From Catajapyx aquilonaris (taxonomy: Eukaryota), in assembly GCA_000934665.2 (NCBI GenBank), contig KZ539006.1:1-36823 (forward strand): a stretch of DNA of 36,823 nt. The letters are read 5' to 3'. Under the pieces are notes generated by a model. The model saw nothing but the letters and a program-made list of their open reading frames with translations, was not told where the DNA came from and ran no database searches. A program made the position numbers and the translations under genes. Shown piece by piece: positions 12,139 through 24,698 of this stretch (position 1 is the first letter of the stretch; each line of letters begins with the position of its first letter).

Positions 12139-14704
12139 TGAATATTCCAGTTTCCAAAAATTGCCTTCGATAGTTTATGGGGAAATGACTAGTTTCCGCT
12201 GTTTGACCTGCAATTCTGGCTTAGGGCCAGTCTTCCAAACATATCTAGCCTCAAAACCTCTTTTTTCTCTCTCTCTCCCCCCCCCTCTCTCTCTCTTTTT
12301 CTTAAATGTATATTGGGTCTTGTACCCAGCAGTCGGTCAGTGTATAGCCAGGTCAAGGGTAGCACCAAAACTATATTGGGGTTGGGTCTAACGGTAACTT
12401 GTACGACCCCGTTATCCCAGACTTTTGTCGCCTTCCAAAAACTATTTCCGACCCCCAAATGGAAGCAAAAGTGGCTAGCCACAATGGGGGACATCACTTA
12501 ATCTTATACGTAATGATAAGACCCGCACCTTATTTTTGTTGGGTGTGATATTACATCAAACAGATTATCATTGAGGTTTTTATTATTCCGTCGGTCATGT
12601 ACGTTGGAGCAACTTACTTTATCGCTGGAGCCAGCACTTCACAAAAGGGCCCTGTCATTTCCTCCACTGATAAACAAGCAGGATATTCAGTTGGTGAAGG
12701 TTAAGGTGGATTTGTCCTTTACTTGCGATTACACGTCACTTACTGTCTCCATCACAGATTCGCATACGTTACACTAGCCCGGGGAAAGAAAAAAAAACAT
12801 ATATGCAGGTGCGCATGACCGGTCTGCAATTCGTCACTGTCTCAACTGACCCTCATCGCGCAAAACAAGATCAAATGAAGCCCCTCTTTGCGCAGTCAGC
12901 AGCCTCTTAGTATCGTCTCCCGGATCTGGCGACGTAATAAGAGTCGCCAAGGTAAAGACAAGTTTATTCCATGCTCAAGCTTCGACCATTGATGATAGAG
13001 AAGGAGAAAAAAAAAAAGTGTTTTTTTTCCCCTATGCCGGAACACAGGGCAAGGCCATCAGTATGGTTTCAGGAGGCGTTTCTCGCTTCTCCGATGCTGG
13101 GCAGTCACGCGGTAATATTTTTACACTCTGATTAGCAGATTGCTGAATATTACGCAACGGAAACTTGTCAGAAAATCAGGTGCATACCAGTACCTTCTTT
13201 AAAAGTACAATTAATGTTACGAAACCCCCCCCCCTCCCCAGAACATGTAGTTATACAGCATGTGCGTAGTAAGCAATGGGCCGGTCACTGACTTGACCTT
13301 TCGACCCTAAACACAAACCGCGCGGTGACTGGTGGGCTTCACAAAAAAAAATGTGAAAAATTTCATTACAGTGATCATTATGCGCGGTTCTCTCAGGATC
13401 ACCCCCCAGCACATTTATTTTTGAGTCCAACTAGTTCGGGGGGGGGTCAAGTTGCCCCCACATCAAACCCCACTAGAAATGGTCTTTGTGTCGCTGCCCC
13501 GATGACCTCAATACCACGCGGGCACAAACTTGGACTTTGCCTCGCCACATAAACCTTTGCAAAGTCATCACGCATTGTTAGGTTCGGTCATGATTATCTG
13601 CGGAAAAGACCTTCAAAATATTTCTATGCGACTCCAACCAAGCCAACAGATATTGATATTAAATTATAATTTTTTTGTTGCGAAATTTTGCGAAATTTGA
13701 GAGTGGTATTGGCTATATTTTTACACAGCAGAAATCGGTCAAGCTCCGCTTTTATCACTCTGAGAGGTCAAAGTTCACGACTTTTTTGCTGACCTGTCGT
13801 AGATAATATTCTCCAGCCATGTTCACACCCTCGTTTGGCTTCAAGCCTATAACCACATACCAGTTATTACTCACAGCATGTCAACTAGCAAAAAAAAAAA
13901 AAAGGTGTGTACCAAATTAATTTCTTTTTGAAATCGCAAATGTTTCTTGCTTTTTTGAGACTTGCCCAAAAAAAATTAGAGGCGCCAACTGGGTCACCAG
14001 ACATGGTCGGTTTTCGCATCCGAGCTTTTAGTGTCCCTGTGCCCACAACTGAAATAATTCCCTCTGGATTACTTTCTGGTCGCAGCTTCGTTTCGTTCGT
14101 TTCGCCCCCCCTCAAACTTTACCCACTCTCAAAACTCTGCCAGTACTAGCGATAGACTCTTCAAAGACTATAGAGGTTGGGCAAGAGGCGAAACTGTTTG
14201 CAAACTGGGAGGGGTCCGCTTCGGAAATGAGAAAGTCTATTTTTTCCCCACACTTTTAATGCGCGCCCCACTTTTTTCTTCTGAAGCTAATTACGCATTG
14301 ATTCGCATAAAATGCGTGCAAATTTTTTGTTACGTTATGTACAGGGTGTATCGTTTTTTTTTTTAAAAAAATCAGACACTGTTAATTGAAGCCTCTCTCT
14401 TCCCCAGTATATATCCGGGGCAGGAAGCAGCAATTACTACAGGCGAGAACTTACAGGGCTCATGTCCAGGCCGGTGCTTGCTGCTTAATTATTAACCCCC
14501 GCTTCATAAATCACTGACACCGCAGCTTTTAAGCCTTGTGTGCTNCCCCCCCCCCTTCCCCTTTATCTCTGGTTGCATCGATATTTTCCAAACTAACCAA
14601 CACAGTGTCTCATGTGCAAATTTTCTCACCAGTGTCTTTTTAACTATTCACTTACTTCGGTCTAAGTGTCAGGTGACAATGAGTAAGTAGTGGTTACTAC
14701 TGCG

Positions 14705-14830
14705 GGTATGTTGGACATTATAACTCAAAAATTGTGGTTTTCGGACTTTTCCTTGAATCAGCGGCTTGTGAGCCATCAGTGTGCTAAGTAGTCTGAAAGT
14801 GGGTTAGGTAGCCCGGACATACCAAACTGA
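14705..14830 (-). mobile_element. Helitron-like non-autonomous family D fragment
   Basis: GACTTTTC..AATCAG.GGC.TGT.AG...TCAGTGTGC and AGTAGTCTGAAAGTGGGTTAGGTAGCCCGGACATAC align with 20146-20293 and 34277-34458. Confidence 0.6.
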
Positions 14831-16144
14831 GGAACTTTCTTCTTTTAGGCTACTATAATTATGTAAGATTGTAAGTCGCTTCATGTTGACCCTGTGATTC
14901 ATCATATGTCACCAACGTTCAGTTAGTCACAATCTGGTTGAATCACACTGCGGTTTTCCTTCTCTCCCCCCCCCCCTCCTCAAGATGGCCGCCCCCATTT
15001 CTTTTTCCCTCCTCCACTCTCCTTGCTCTTATGTGGATTCCTCAAATTGCATTTGTAGTACCAAAGTGGGTTTTCTACGTCTCCCCCACAACCCCCCTTG
15101 ACCTGCTCCTTTCGATAGGGAACCGACTGAGAGAGAGAGAGAGAGGAAATGGGGGAAGTCCTGCAAAGGTTGCTGCCTGACTCATTCCCTATATATACCT
15201 TACAACTTCTAGGGAGGAAAAACTTATCAACGTAACACGCACTTTTTCGATAACACTTTTCACCTTTTTCCCTAAACTACTCCATTAAGGTGAGCGGTTA
15301 TCGAAAGGACATCCGGCTCATTAACCCGAGAGGTCATCCGGTGACTTAAAAATTTCACCCTCCATATTTGTTGCGCCCTCTAGCACTATCTAATGGCCAC
15401 CATTTTGTCAAACCTCCCCTACCCGAAAAAAAAAAAAAATCCGGATCTACAGAAAAGTTGGCCCTCGAGTGCCATCGACTCAGCTCTAGACGATGCTTAT
15501 TACGTCCGAATGAAGCCGGATATGGCCATAATCTGGGCCCTGGTACCGCACCAGGACTTGAATGCAATGCTCCTGTTGTAGTGTCTGCCAAACTCTGCCC
15601 TCAATTTTTTTCCTCGTTTCCTACAAAAAAAAATTTCCGTATCTTAAAAGTTTTGGTAAGTACTTTAAATAATAACGCACTATTTCTGATGATTACTTAG
15701 TTTGAACCAACTTGTAGTTTTAAAACAATGTAATTTTTTAATATCAAAAATTCGTCACCCCTAGGGCGTCAAAAGTTTGGTGGATCTAATTATGCCATTT
15801 TGTGTCTCATTTTGACGGCAGGCAAGGCACCAGCCACAGACCATCGCCTTTTCTCCTGAGGTGGAAGAGAGAGAGAGGCCACCCTTTGTCTGTAATCGGA
15901 GGGGAGGGGGGAAAGGTGCAATGAGGTCCGCCGGGCCGACTCCTAATTGAGGTCGCCACTCCTCATAATGGTCTTGGCCGCAAGGTGACGGGCAAAAATC
16001 AATAGGGTCGCTGCCATCGAGGGGGGGAATGGATACTCTTATACGAACAAGAGAACCACTATCTTACATAGAGGAAAAAAAGAAAGAGAAGTTCTAAGAA
16101 GATAAATCGAAAAATATCACTGAATTAGTCTCACTCCGGTTATA

Positions 16145-16268
16145 TCTATAATATTAAAATCCTCTTCGTGTCTGATTGGTCCGCGGGGTTACCGCGACGC
16201 TTCCGATTAGCCGCCGTTCTGCTCAGGCGCAATGGGGGTGAATGCAGCGCCTCTGGTGGGTGGGAGGA
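16145..16268 (+). mobile_element. Possible Helitron-like 5' end carrying the second copy of the 2645-2705 repeat
   Basis: Begins A|TCTATAATATTAAAAT, resembling the 5'-TC AT-rich Helitron start. 16206-16268 is repeated at 2645-2705. No 3' CTRR/hairpin end found. Confidence 0.35.
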
Positions 16269-17157
16269 ACCATCCATTCGTTTGCTGTGGGCAGCCATCG
16301 TTTAGGCTCGTGGCACCACATTAATGTCCAGAATTATACCCAAAATTCGTAAGTAAATCCAACCAAGAACGACTAAAAGTGTCCCAAGCTTTATTGTAAT
16401 CCGGGCATAAAAACGAAGGGGGGGTTTGTCCTGACGAGCAATCTTGTTTCACAGCCGCATTCCAAACGCTATAATAAAAAGACCAGTGACTCCTCTCATC
16501 AACTACATGGAGAAAGAAACGGTCTGTAACACACACACACACAAAAAAAAGTGCTGGAGAACGAGCTAATTTCGGGACCTCGTGAAGAGGAGGACCCTTT
16601 AGACGTCATTCAGCAGCCGGACTTATCCATCATCTGTTACGTTAAGAGGAGTCTCAAGAAGTCACCTGTCTCCTACCTGGTTTTTGGTACTTGTTCTTTT
16701 GAAAGTTATTTGCAGCTAATATACATATTTGATGGGTGGTCCTGATGCTTCACCGTATTGTTGGCATGGATACATTTTATGTTCGGCAGTAGGCGCACCT
16801 TGGGTTTGTTCAAATCGCATTTAACACATGTGATTGCAAGGATGTTGCAAGCAGGCGGCCATTGTCCAAGGAAGGCACCCTGATGGTAGCAAGTGGCAGA
16901 TGGTTACTGTTGCCGGAAGGGCCATCAATTCAACCAGTCAGAGTCGCATACGGGACCAGGATACTCAAGTAGGACGTCCTTCACCTGTACCGCCTTTGTA
17001 ACAAAAAAAATTCCGCAATACTCCGGGTGTATAGGCACCCCGGATTTAAACCCTCCCACTACCTGTCGCAATTAAATTACCTCCGATAATGAAGTGCAAG
17101 TTAACCCACAAACCCATCCGTGTAAGAGCCTTTGGTCGCAGAAGCACGGGACGGGAC

Positions 17158-17174
17158 GGGGGGGGGGGGGGNNN

Positions 17175-17204
<30 letters not shown>
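17158..17204 (+). repeat. Long poly-G tract (contains 3 Ns)
   Basis: Direct reading; true length uncertain because of the Ns. Confidence 0.9.
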
Positions 17205-17205
<1 letters not shown>

Positions 17206-17383
17206 GGCCCGACTAATTTTCAATTGCCGCTCCGTCTGATATATGGCTATGTGCGGTGGCTAATTAATAATGATTGAGTGCCACATTCATTTCGAGACTC
17301 TTCCTCGTAACATCTCCTGGATTAATCTATAGTGTGTATATGCATAGGAGCCACGACAGTTCCAGACAAAACAATATGCAGAC

Positions 17384-17459
17384 AGTACCCGACTTACGTA
17401 AAATTTCGTGTCCGAGTTACGTCGAACTCGACTTACGCATTTTACGTAAGTCGGGTACT
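17384..17459. mobile_element. 76-bp palindrome, probably a pogo/Tigger-like micro-MITE
   Basis: Perfect 21-bp inverted repeat AGTACCCGACTTACGTAAAAT (17384-17404 / 17439-17459) with inner CGAGTT/AACTCG stem and internal CGACTTACG/CGAGTTACG subrepeats. Confidence 0.7.
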
Positions 17460-18473
17460 ACATGTGTAAATTTCTCCGTAATATGAAACCTGTAAGTGTT
17501 ATGTCGCTTGGAGCGATTTGAGCGTTAATTTTTGTTCCCAATGACGGTCGCTTCATTATACGATGCGCGTCAAGCCAATTTTTGTATGGGTCAGCGTTGG
17601 TGTCAGTTCCTCTCATTGTATCACATCCCCTCTGGGCACCTCACATATGGTGCTGATGGACATGTGAACATGCGTAGGAGATGAGCGTGTGTACCGGCGC
17701 CAGGTGCCGGGGAAGAATCGTCGCATCGCTTGACGTCCAACTGATGGGTGACGACTATAAATAATATCGCAGAGGATTCCAGCCAATATCCCGGCGGCCA
17801 GCTGCAATCCGGGGATCATTTGTTCCCAGCATCCCGACCTCTCCCCCTGATGGTCCAGACCAGACGATAATATCAGGGGGGGAGAGGATGCCCGGTGCTG
17901 GACAAATCGACGTGTGATAGAAAAGTCAACGGACCTCTCCTCGCCTCCGCTATTTTGATTAATAGCGCTCTCATTCTGTTTGAGCACTGCGATGCGGGAA
18001 ACGCTCATTATAATTCGACCATTTTCGGACCCGCTCGGCACTGTGTCCAATAAACTGCGCCTTTGTTGTTAGTAATGGCCGTAAATGCGCACCGCTGCTC
18101 TCTCGGGCGATCCCTGACCTCCAGCGAAAACCGCATCACTCCAGCAGCACATAGCTACTATTTAAGTACGGTGACTACCCGGTATAAAGCCAGGTGTTAA
18201 ATTTTAATCAAAGCCATCAACAATAGGATAACTGTATTTGAAGAAATTGCGCTTCTGACACAAACGAAATGGCACAAATTGTTCAGACTGCGTGACGAAA
18301 CATTCACTGTATACAACCGGCGGATTAGGGGAAACAGTAACTGTCCCATTTCCGAGTATTTAGACCCATTGCGGTAGCAGGAATTTAAATTGGACTGTAT
18401 TATGCAATAAGGTGTCACATTTTTGTGGGTTGACCCATTATTGCATAACACCGCCCATTTGAAAGCAGCTTGG

Positions 18474-18562
18474 ATGCGCAGATGGTATGCGCAGATGTTG
18501 TATGCGCAGAACATGTGCGCAGTTGTTCAACCACGTGCTATACTGCGTAGAAGGTGTGCGCA
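18474..18562. repeat. Short tandem array of RTGCGCAG motifs (13-15 bp spacing)
   Basis: RTGCGCAG at 18474, 18487, 18502 and 18515, plus TGCGCA at 18557. Confidence 0.8.
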
Positions 18563-19059
18563 CTCGTTCTCCACGTGTTGTATGGCCAAAATGAGGCTAT
18601 CATTCAGGCGCCGACAACGAGGGGGCCCTCTATTAACCCGCAGATGAGCAATAATCACGCGCAATCGATTCACCGGCCACTCAATCCGCAACGGGACTTG
18701 TGAAACAGACGGGCCTGTCATCTCCTACCCTCCGGGGCTCACAGCATCCAGAACAGGTTTTGAAAAACATTCCTTCAGGATACACTTCCGAGTCTCAAAA
18801 AGAATCTCGCGAACAGACGGTTGTCCTCAAACTTTTCCCGGTCACCCGTTACTGACTCGTGTCCATCTGTTGGACCACCTCTGGACTGTTCGCCAAATAA
18901 TAAATCAAAAAAAAATCTAAAATAAAGTGGTGGGCGTGTTTAGCGGACTTGTGACCGATGTGCAGTGTCAGCCGCGGTTCGTTTCGCGAACCAAGGACGC
19001 ATACTCTCACATTCGCTTCTTCGGGTTGACATGGTGTGATTACATGAGGAAGGACATTC

Positions 19060-19870
19060 ACATCCTAGGCTTATGGGAATGAACGGCAGCTGGTGCGATC
19101 AAGTGCATCATACAGAGTAATGCGTACCGTATGCGCAGAGTTTCGGTTTACCGCCATGTCAGCTGGTGGTTGAGACATGTCGCCTAGCTCCCAACATGAG
19201 ACACTTATTATATAAAAATGTGCATGATTAGGGATCGGACTCTACCCGGACACATCATTAGAGACAAATTTCGTGACCAGTAGGGGCGGAACATTGCTGG
19301 TCATCATCTCCAACCAACTTGTTAGGAAGCTCAAATTTGAAACCATATTTGGGAGAAGGGGTGTTCTGAAAACTATACCGAGAAAAAGTTGGCAGTGTTA
19401 CGTTTCACGAAAGCACTTGTCGCTTCAGCAACCCCAGAGGCCTGCCCTATAGTACGTATATAAAAAAAGGCAACGCCAGTCAAGACTTGCACCACCTGTT
19501 ACCTCATTTCTGACCCGCATAATCCGGATTACAGAGACCAGCAGCAACAGCAGTGGCTCTATAAAGTGTAACGCTTTCTCTGTGTGTATGATTTAAAGTG
19601 CGGGATGGCAGACAACAATGGTGTTCGAGATGTATGTAAACCGACGGGATACCAAAGTTACATTCGGAGGAAGCTACCGGTTGAGTCACACATAAAAAAG
19701 TTCGTGGTCATCGTGCCTCTAGCAGCATCCGCACAACCCCCCACTGGAGACGCATGGATTCTTCTTTTAAAGACATGGATGGGGTCCTCGACCGACAGCA
19801 AAACTTCCATCAACCATCCATCGTGCAGCGACATTCCTCGTCAAACACCTGGCCACTGACCATGCAAGAC
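19060..19870 (+). pseudogene. Possible heavily decayed non-LTR retrotransposon apurinic-like endonuclease domain
   Basis: Motif-like words appear in the expected order but in different frames: (W)NERQL ~19074-19092, LVVET 19163-19177, LPGH 19242, RGGTLLVII 19282, VYDLK ~19584, PT ~19740, VLDR 19785, TDH 19855. Confidence 0.3.
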
Positions 19871-20086
19871 GCCAACTGCCTAATTGTTGCCATCTATCTC
19901 TCAACCATTCTTCTCCAACAGACCATTATCGCCAAGCAACTGTGCGTCATCATCTGCATTGCGTATTATCCTTGCTGTAATCCCTCTAATCTGCAATTTT
20001 CGCCCTGCCTGTCTGCATATTTAGAGAGAAAAAAAGAGGTCACACATCATTGTTCATGACCGTTTGCTTCTATTTTTATATACGTA

Positions 20087-20294
20087 ACTAGCGCAACTAG
20101 CGTCTGTGCCACAATAATTGACGCAAATTAGAAACAATTTTATTTGGTATTTAGACATTAAAAAGTGCAGACTTTTCAGTCAATCAGTGGCATGTAAGAC
20201 GTCAGTGTGCCAATATTGAGTACTCTCAGTACTCTGAAAGTGGGTTACATATCCGTGAGCTACATATGGACAAACTTTCAACTTTATATATTAT
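20087..20294 (-). mobile_element. Helitron-like non-autonomous family D copy
   Basis: Aligns with the 14705-14830 and 34277-34458 copies. ACTAG at 20087 and 20096 could be the CTAG|T 3' end on the minus strand. Ends ACATATGGACAAACTTTCAACTTTATATATTAT. Confidence 0.6.
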
Positions 20295-21638
20295 GCAATC
20301 GATCTGGATTTTTTTTTCGGTCTGGAATGTAATGAATCACTGCTTTGAAATTAAAACATTACTTAAGCAGGTTTTTTCCTCTTCCATGTGGGAAGATACA
20401 TTAAATTGCTGACCAGGTTTTTGGGATGGTGCATCAGGAACTCTGCACACGTAGGGGTAGTTCTATGAAAAGGTGCCTTAGGCGTCGATTCCTCTTTCGA
20501 ACTCGACCTTGCATCGGTTTTCTTATACACGTGGGGGTATATAGCTACCACATAATTTTTTTTCTACATAAAAATTTCTTTTTTTAAAAACACACACGTG
20601 AAATAATCACTAGAGAGATACGCAGCACGCAATGGCGGGTGCAAACGAAAGACACGTGTGTTATAAATATAATCTGTTTTGTCATTAGCGGAGTGTTATA
20701 TGTATTTTTTTTATAAAGTTGCGGGCTTGCTCTAAAACGTGAAAATGGTGTATTCAATTTTGGGGTGGCCCCCAAAATCCAGGGGTCCGAGTGGCATTTT
20801 CTGGCCATTTTTCGCCTGACTGTCTAGGCAGATTACGTTATCACGTGATTTGCGGCAGGCCAAAGCTTCTGTTGACATGTGCGAACACGCTTAATTACTT
20901 TTGATAAACTCGCTAAACGTGTCTGCGCGGTATTATAAACGCAACAATCCGACGCTTACATCCAGGATTTTTTTTTTTCGGAGGCCGAAACCGTGGGTCC
21001 AAATCCTAATCTCCAAAAAAATAATCCGGATCACCCCCCCCCCCCCCNTGCATAGGGCTGTCTTTTTTTTAAAAAAAAATCTACAAATTGTTTAGGGTTG
21101 GTATGCAGTAAAATGTACGGTTAAATCTTGATTGGTTCCTCTGGAGTCTATACCAGCTTAGTGTGCTTGGAAGGCACGAAATCCGAGTCCGTTAGGCCTA
21201 AAGTCCCCCCATAGGCCACCTGTTGCTTCGAGAATCCGGGGGAATATACGGTTCTGCTTTTGGGTGGCTGCCCCCTCTTTTACAGCCCCGTTTTTTTTTT
21301 AATAATATAAAATAAAAAAAGGTGTAAAGTGATGGGGATTTTTTTTTTAGAGTAATGGCTTATAACCTGAAGAGAAAACCTTTTGGATCCTCATGCATCA
21401 TGAGCAAACCCCCCATAGCGTGAAGGCCCATAAATATGCGTCCAACACTTTTTTTTACAAAAAAAAAAAAGAGTGGATTAACTCTCGGATAATGCAGGAT
21501 GATTAGTGAATTCTACCATAGTCGTGTAATACATATTAACTGTTGTATTACAACAAGGTGAGTTACCGCCCAAAATGAGTGGTAACGAGAAGTTAAAATG
21601 CACTGTAAGATACCAACGGAAACTATTTTAAAAAAGAT

Positions 21639-21794
21639 ATGATTTTTTTAAATGAGCGCAACCGAGTGCGCAACACAGTTCGCGCAAATTGTTGAGATGG
21701 TAACAATATAGCTGACTTTTGAGACGTTGACAAGGTTTTGGAGTAACTCTGGCGACGTTATTGTCAGAACAGTGGACTTGCGCAAGTGTGGATA
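21639..21794. mobile_element. MITE family A, copy 2 (right TIR truncated)
   Basis: ATGATTTTTTTAAATGAGCGCAACCGAGTGCGCA matches the TIR of 2231-2502. TCAGAACAGTGGACTTGCGCAAGTGTGGAT matches 2440-2469. Confidence 0.75.
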
Positions 21795-23928
21795 CCCTCG
21801 TAAAAATTACAGTGTACTTGTGCAATTTAAACAAAAAAAAAATGTATATGGATATTTAAAAAATGCCCTTCGCAGTATATACACGCCAATATTTCTTTTG
21901 ACATGAGATGATGTTGTGTAATAATATTATACCATGCAGACATCATCATGTCTTAAACTTTGCATATGTTTTATTAAATATTTGGACATTTCCAGCTCTT
22001 TTGGTCATGAAACTGTTGTGAAATATTAGTCCGGTTGAGCATAATTATGAATTAAACGTCTTCCACGGTTACCTTGAAAAATTCTTTCAGAAAATTCGCA
22101 TGCATTAACGTTATTATCTACAAATGCCTAATTAAATGTGCTCTTTGAAATTGCGCAGGTCATGAATTTTGTATACGCAAAAAGGCCCTTGTGCACGAAT
22201 AGGTTTAATTGCGCCATGCTATTTCACATAACGCAATATATGATGTGAAGGGCAAATCCTGACCTTCCTCACTACGTACTCATTCCATTGCACAGGTAAA
22301 ATAGACCGTATGTACGCGTATATATACAAAACAGACTTGTTGCCAAGTGCTTGTTGCATCAGAAGAGAGTTGACACGAACCTGTACTTTTCCAGAGGCAG
22401 CGCATCTTTCAGAATCATCATAAGTCACCTTTTTTTTGCTAACTTAATTTTGAGGTATGTAACGTCATTCAACCAAGTAACTTGTGGCTCCCTCAAGGAC
22501 TATAAAACAAGGTACCTAACGTTACCCAAGGGCTACATTCGGGTCAGGACGTGTCAAGAGATGACAATTATTACGGATGCAGTTTCACAAATGCACATTT
22601 TTAGGTGTCATTTTTGTTAGTTATTTTTTTTTTTTGGGGGGGGGGGTCATTAAGTGGCGATGGAAGTGGCGTAGATTGTATCTGCTGGGGTCACCTCCAA
22701 ATACAGCGATCATGTCTTTCCTAAGAGTTCGTAGAAGCACTGTATGTCAGAACCGTATTACGAAACACCATGACAGAAAGACAAACAAAGCGTCGCAAGT
22801 GTGGGTATATCGGCGGGTTTGAATTAGAGTGCAAGTACTGGTCGCCTTCAAAGGATAATCACAGCTTGTGACACACCGTTGCTTGGTCTTGCACCGGCAA
22901 CGACGACGAATTCGCAAAAGTGACGTTAATGATTAATGAAGCCAAACCAGTTGTGTCGGCTCATTTAAGAAACGGACTGTGGGCCTGAGCTGTATATTAA
23001 TTCCGTTTGATCCATGATTCATGATGGAAGTTTCTATGTGGCCGAATGCATCGAAGCGCGTCAAGAAGTCTTTGCAAAAGGTAAATATAAAAAAACAAAC
23101 ATGATCACTTCCGTATAAGTACAACGCAACATCTGTTGCACGTCCGACTAATTACAAATGAGCCCGTTTCGGTCAGCAATTTTTAATACATTACTCGTAC
23201 AAGTAGTAGCCAAATTTTGCTTGCCCCCACTTGGACGTAGTACGGTAGGCGCCGTCCATCTGCACACTACTGCCTCTCTCCGGAGGGAAATGCACGTTGG
23301 TGATGAGTCACCGACGGACAAAGCCCACCAAGGTGCGCGTTACCTTCTGATTCATGGTAAAAATGTCGAAAATCCAAAATATCGTCCGATAAATAATAAT
23401 CCGTCAAACACCCCCCAAAATTCATCTGTAAGTCCTCTCGCACTGAGATTTAATCCGGTCATGTCGTTGCACTTGCAATTACAAAGTAACCGGGGGAAGC
23501 TAGGCGCGCCGTTTGATTACATCACGCTAAAAAGTCAGGGAGCCCCCGCCAGCTGGGAAAAGTGCCCATCCTTCACTTTCACTCCAAATCCCCCGGTTTT
23601 CATGACACTAACGGTCCGGCCACTGGGAAAAAAGAGAGACAACCCCCCTCCAACGGTTGCCAGTTGAAAAAAAAAAAAATATTGTTGGATAGTAGAGCCC
23701 TGTGATTGGGTGCTCAGGATGTAATTTGTACCGATTCAGACGCCTCCTTTTGCCCCCCCTCTCTACTAGTACTACACACTGTATAGACACCCTCGTTAGA
23801 CCCATGCTCCCTAACACTACGACTTCTCTCCCCGCAATTAGACCTCCTTTTTAGCGAGAGAACCCCCCCCCCCCCCCCTTCCTAGTATTTTTTTTCTCTC
23901 TCTCTTTCTAACTCCCCCGCATCGCAAC

Positions 23929-23977
23929 CCATGGCAACCGATCCTGGCGCGACAACCCCCCCGGTTACCATAGTGAC
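23929..23977. promoter_or_regulatory. RFX X-box-like motif pair
   Basis: CCATGGCAAC (23929-23938) and GTTACCATAGTGAC (23964-23977; one mismatch to GTNRCC-N2-RGYAAC). Confidence 0.35.
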
Positions 23978-24286
23978 CTTTAGATCAGAAGGGGGGGAGG
24001 TTGCATGTGGCTTGTCTTCATACTATCGTCTTTCCACCCCGAGAGAGTTTCTCGAGAGGAGGAGGAGGAGGGGTCACGTGTACTTTCCGAGAGAGTAATC
24101 ATCATTAAGTCCCTATGCAGTGATTGAATACGGGCAATTTGATGGGATGGCGGCTAAAAGTGAATGAAATTCAGGTGTGTTGGCCAACTTTGCGTTTTGT
24201 TGTAAAATAAGAGGGCTTCAATGAATATTAAGGAGTGACGTGGGGGAACTGTGGGTGTTTCGTAATGAATGGACAGCTAGGAAACC

Positions 24287-24511
24287 TCTGCCGTCAGATG
24301 TGAGAGGACCGTAACTCATTATCCACTTCCCTTGCGGCGAGAAAAGAAATCAAGTGTTACCGAAAGCATCCAAGAGGTGGCGTTGGGGGAAGGGGGGAAA
24401 AGGAACGGCATCCCAACTCCACCTGTTGGGTGCTTTTAGTACCACTGCTTTTTTTCTCGCCGCAAGGGGAAGTGGACATTGAGTTACGGTCTTCTCATAT
24501 CTGACGGCAGA
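24287..24511. mobile_element. Palindromic MITE-like element, ~100-bp imperfect arms with a ~24-nt purine-rich loop
   Basis: TCTGCCGTCAGATGTGAGAGGACCGTAACTCA... pairs with ...TGAGTTACGGTCTTCTCATATCTGACGGCAGA. Pairing continues to GTTGGG/CCCAAC. Confidence 0.85.
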
Positions 24512-24698
24512 CCTGAGGATTATATGTCAGAAGCTTGGCGAAATATGCTGAAAAGTCCGCGTGTAAAATAAAATTGTAGAGATGCAGAACAATTTTTCTG
24601 TGGATATACGGTTAGAGAAACACAATTTCCATCTTTGCAGTAATAAAATTAATTACTTACAAATATGAGCTGGATGAGAGTTCAAATTGTAGTAGGCA

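Noticed and set aside
3602..21520. Partial matches to conserved miRNAs: miR-307-like TCACAACCTCC at 3602, miR-10-like on minus ~15440, miR-217-like ~20430, miR-183-like on minus ~21505
   Set aside because: Only 11-14 nt match, mostly without the seed, and no suitable precursor hairpin is evident
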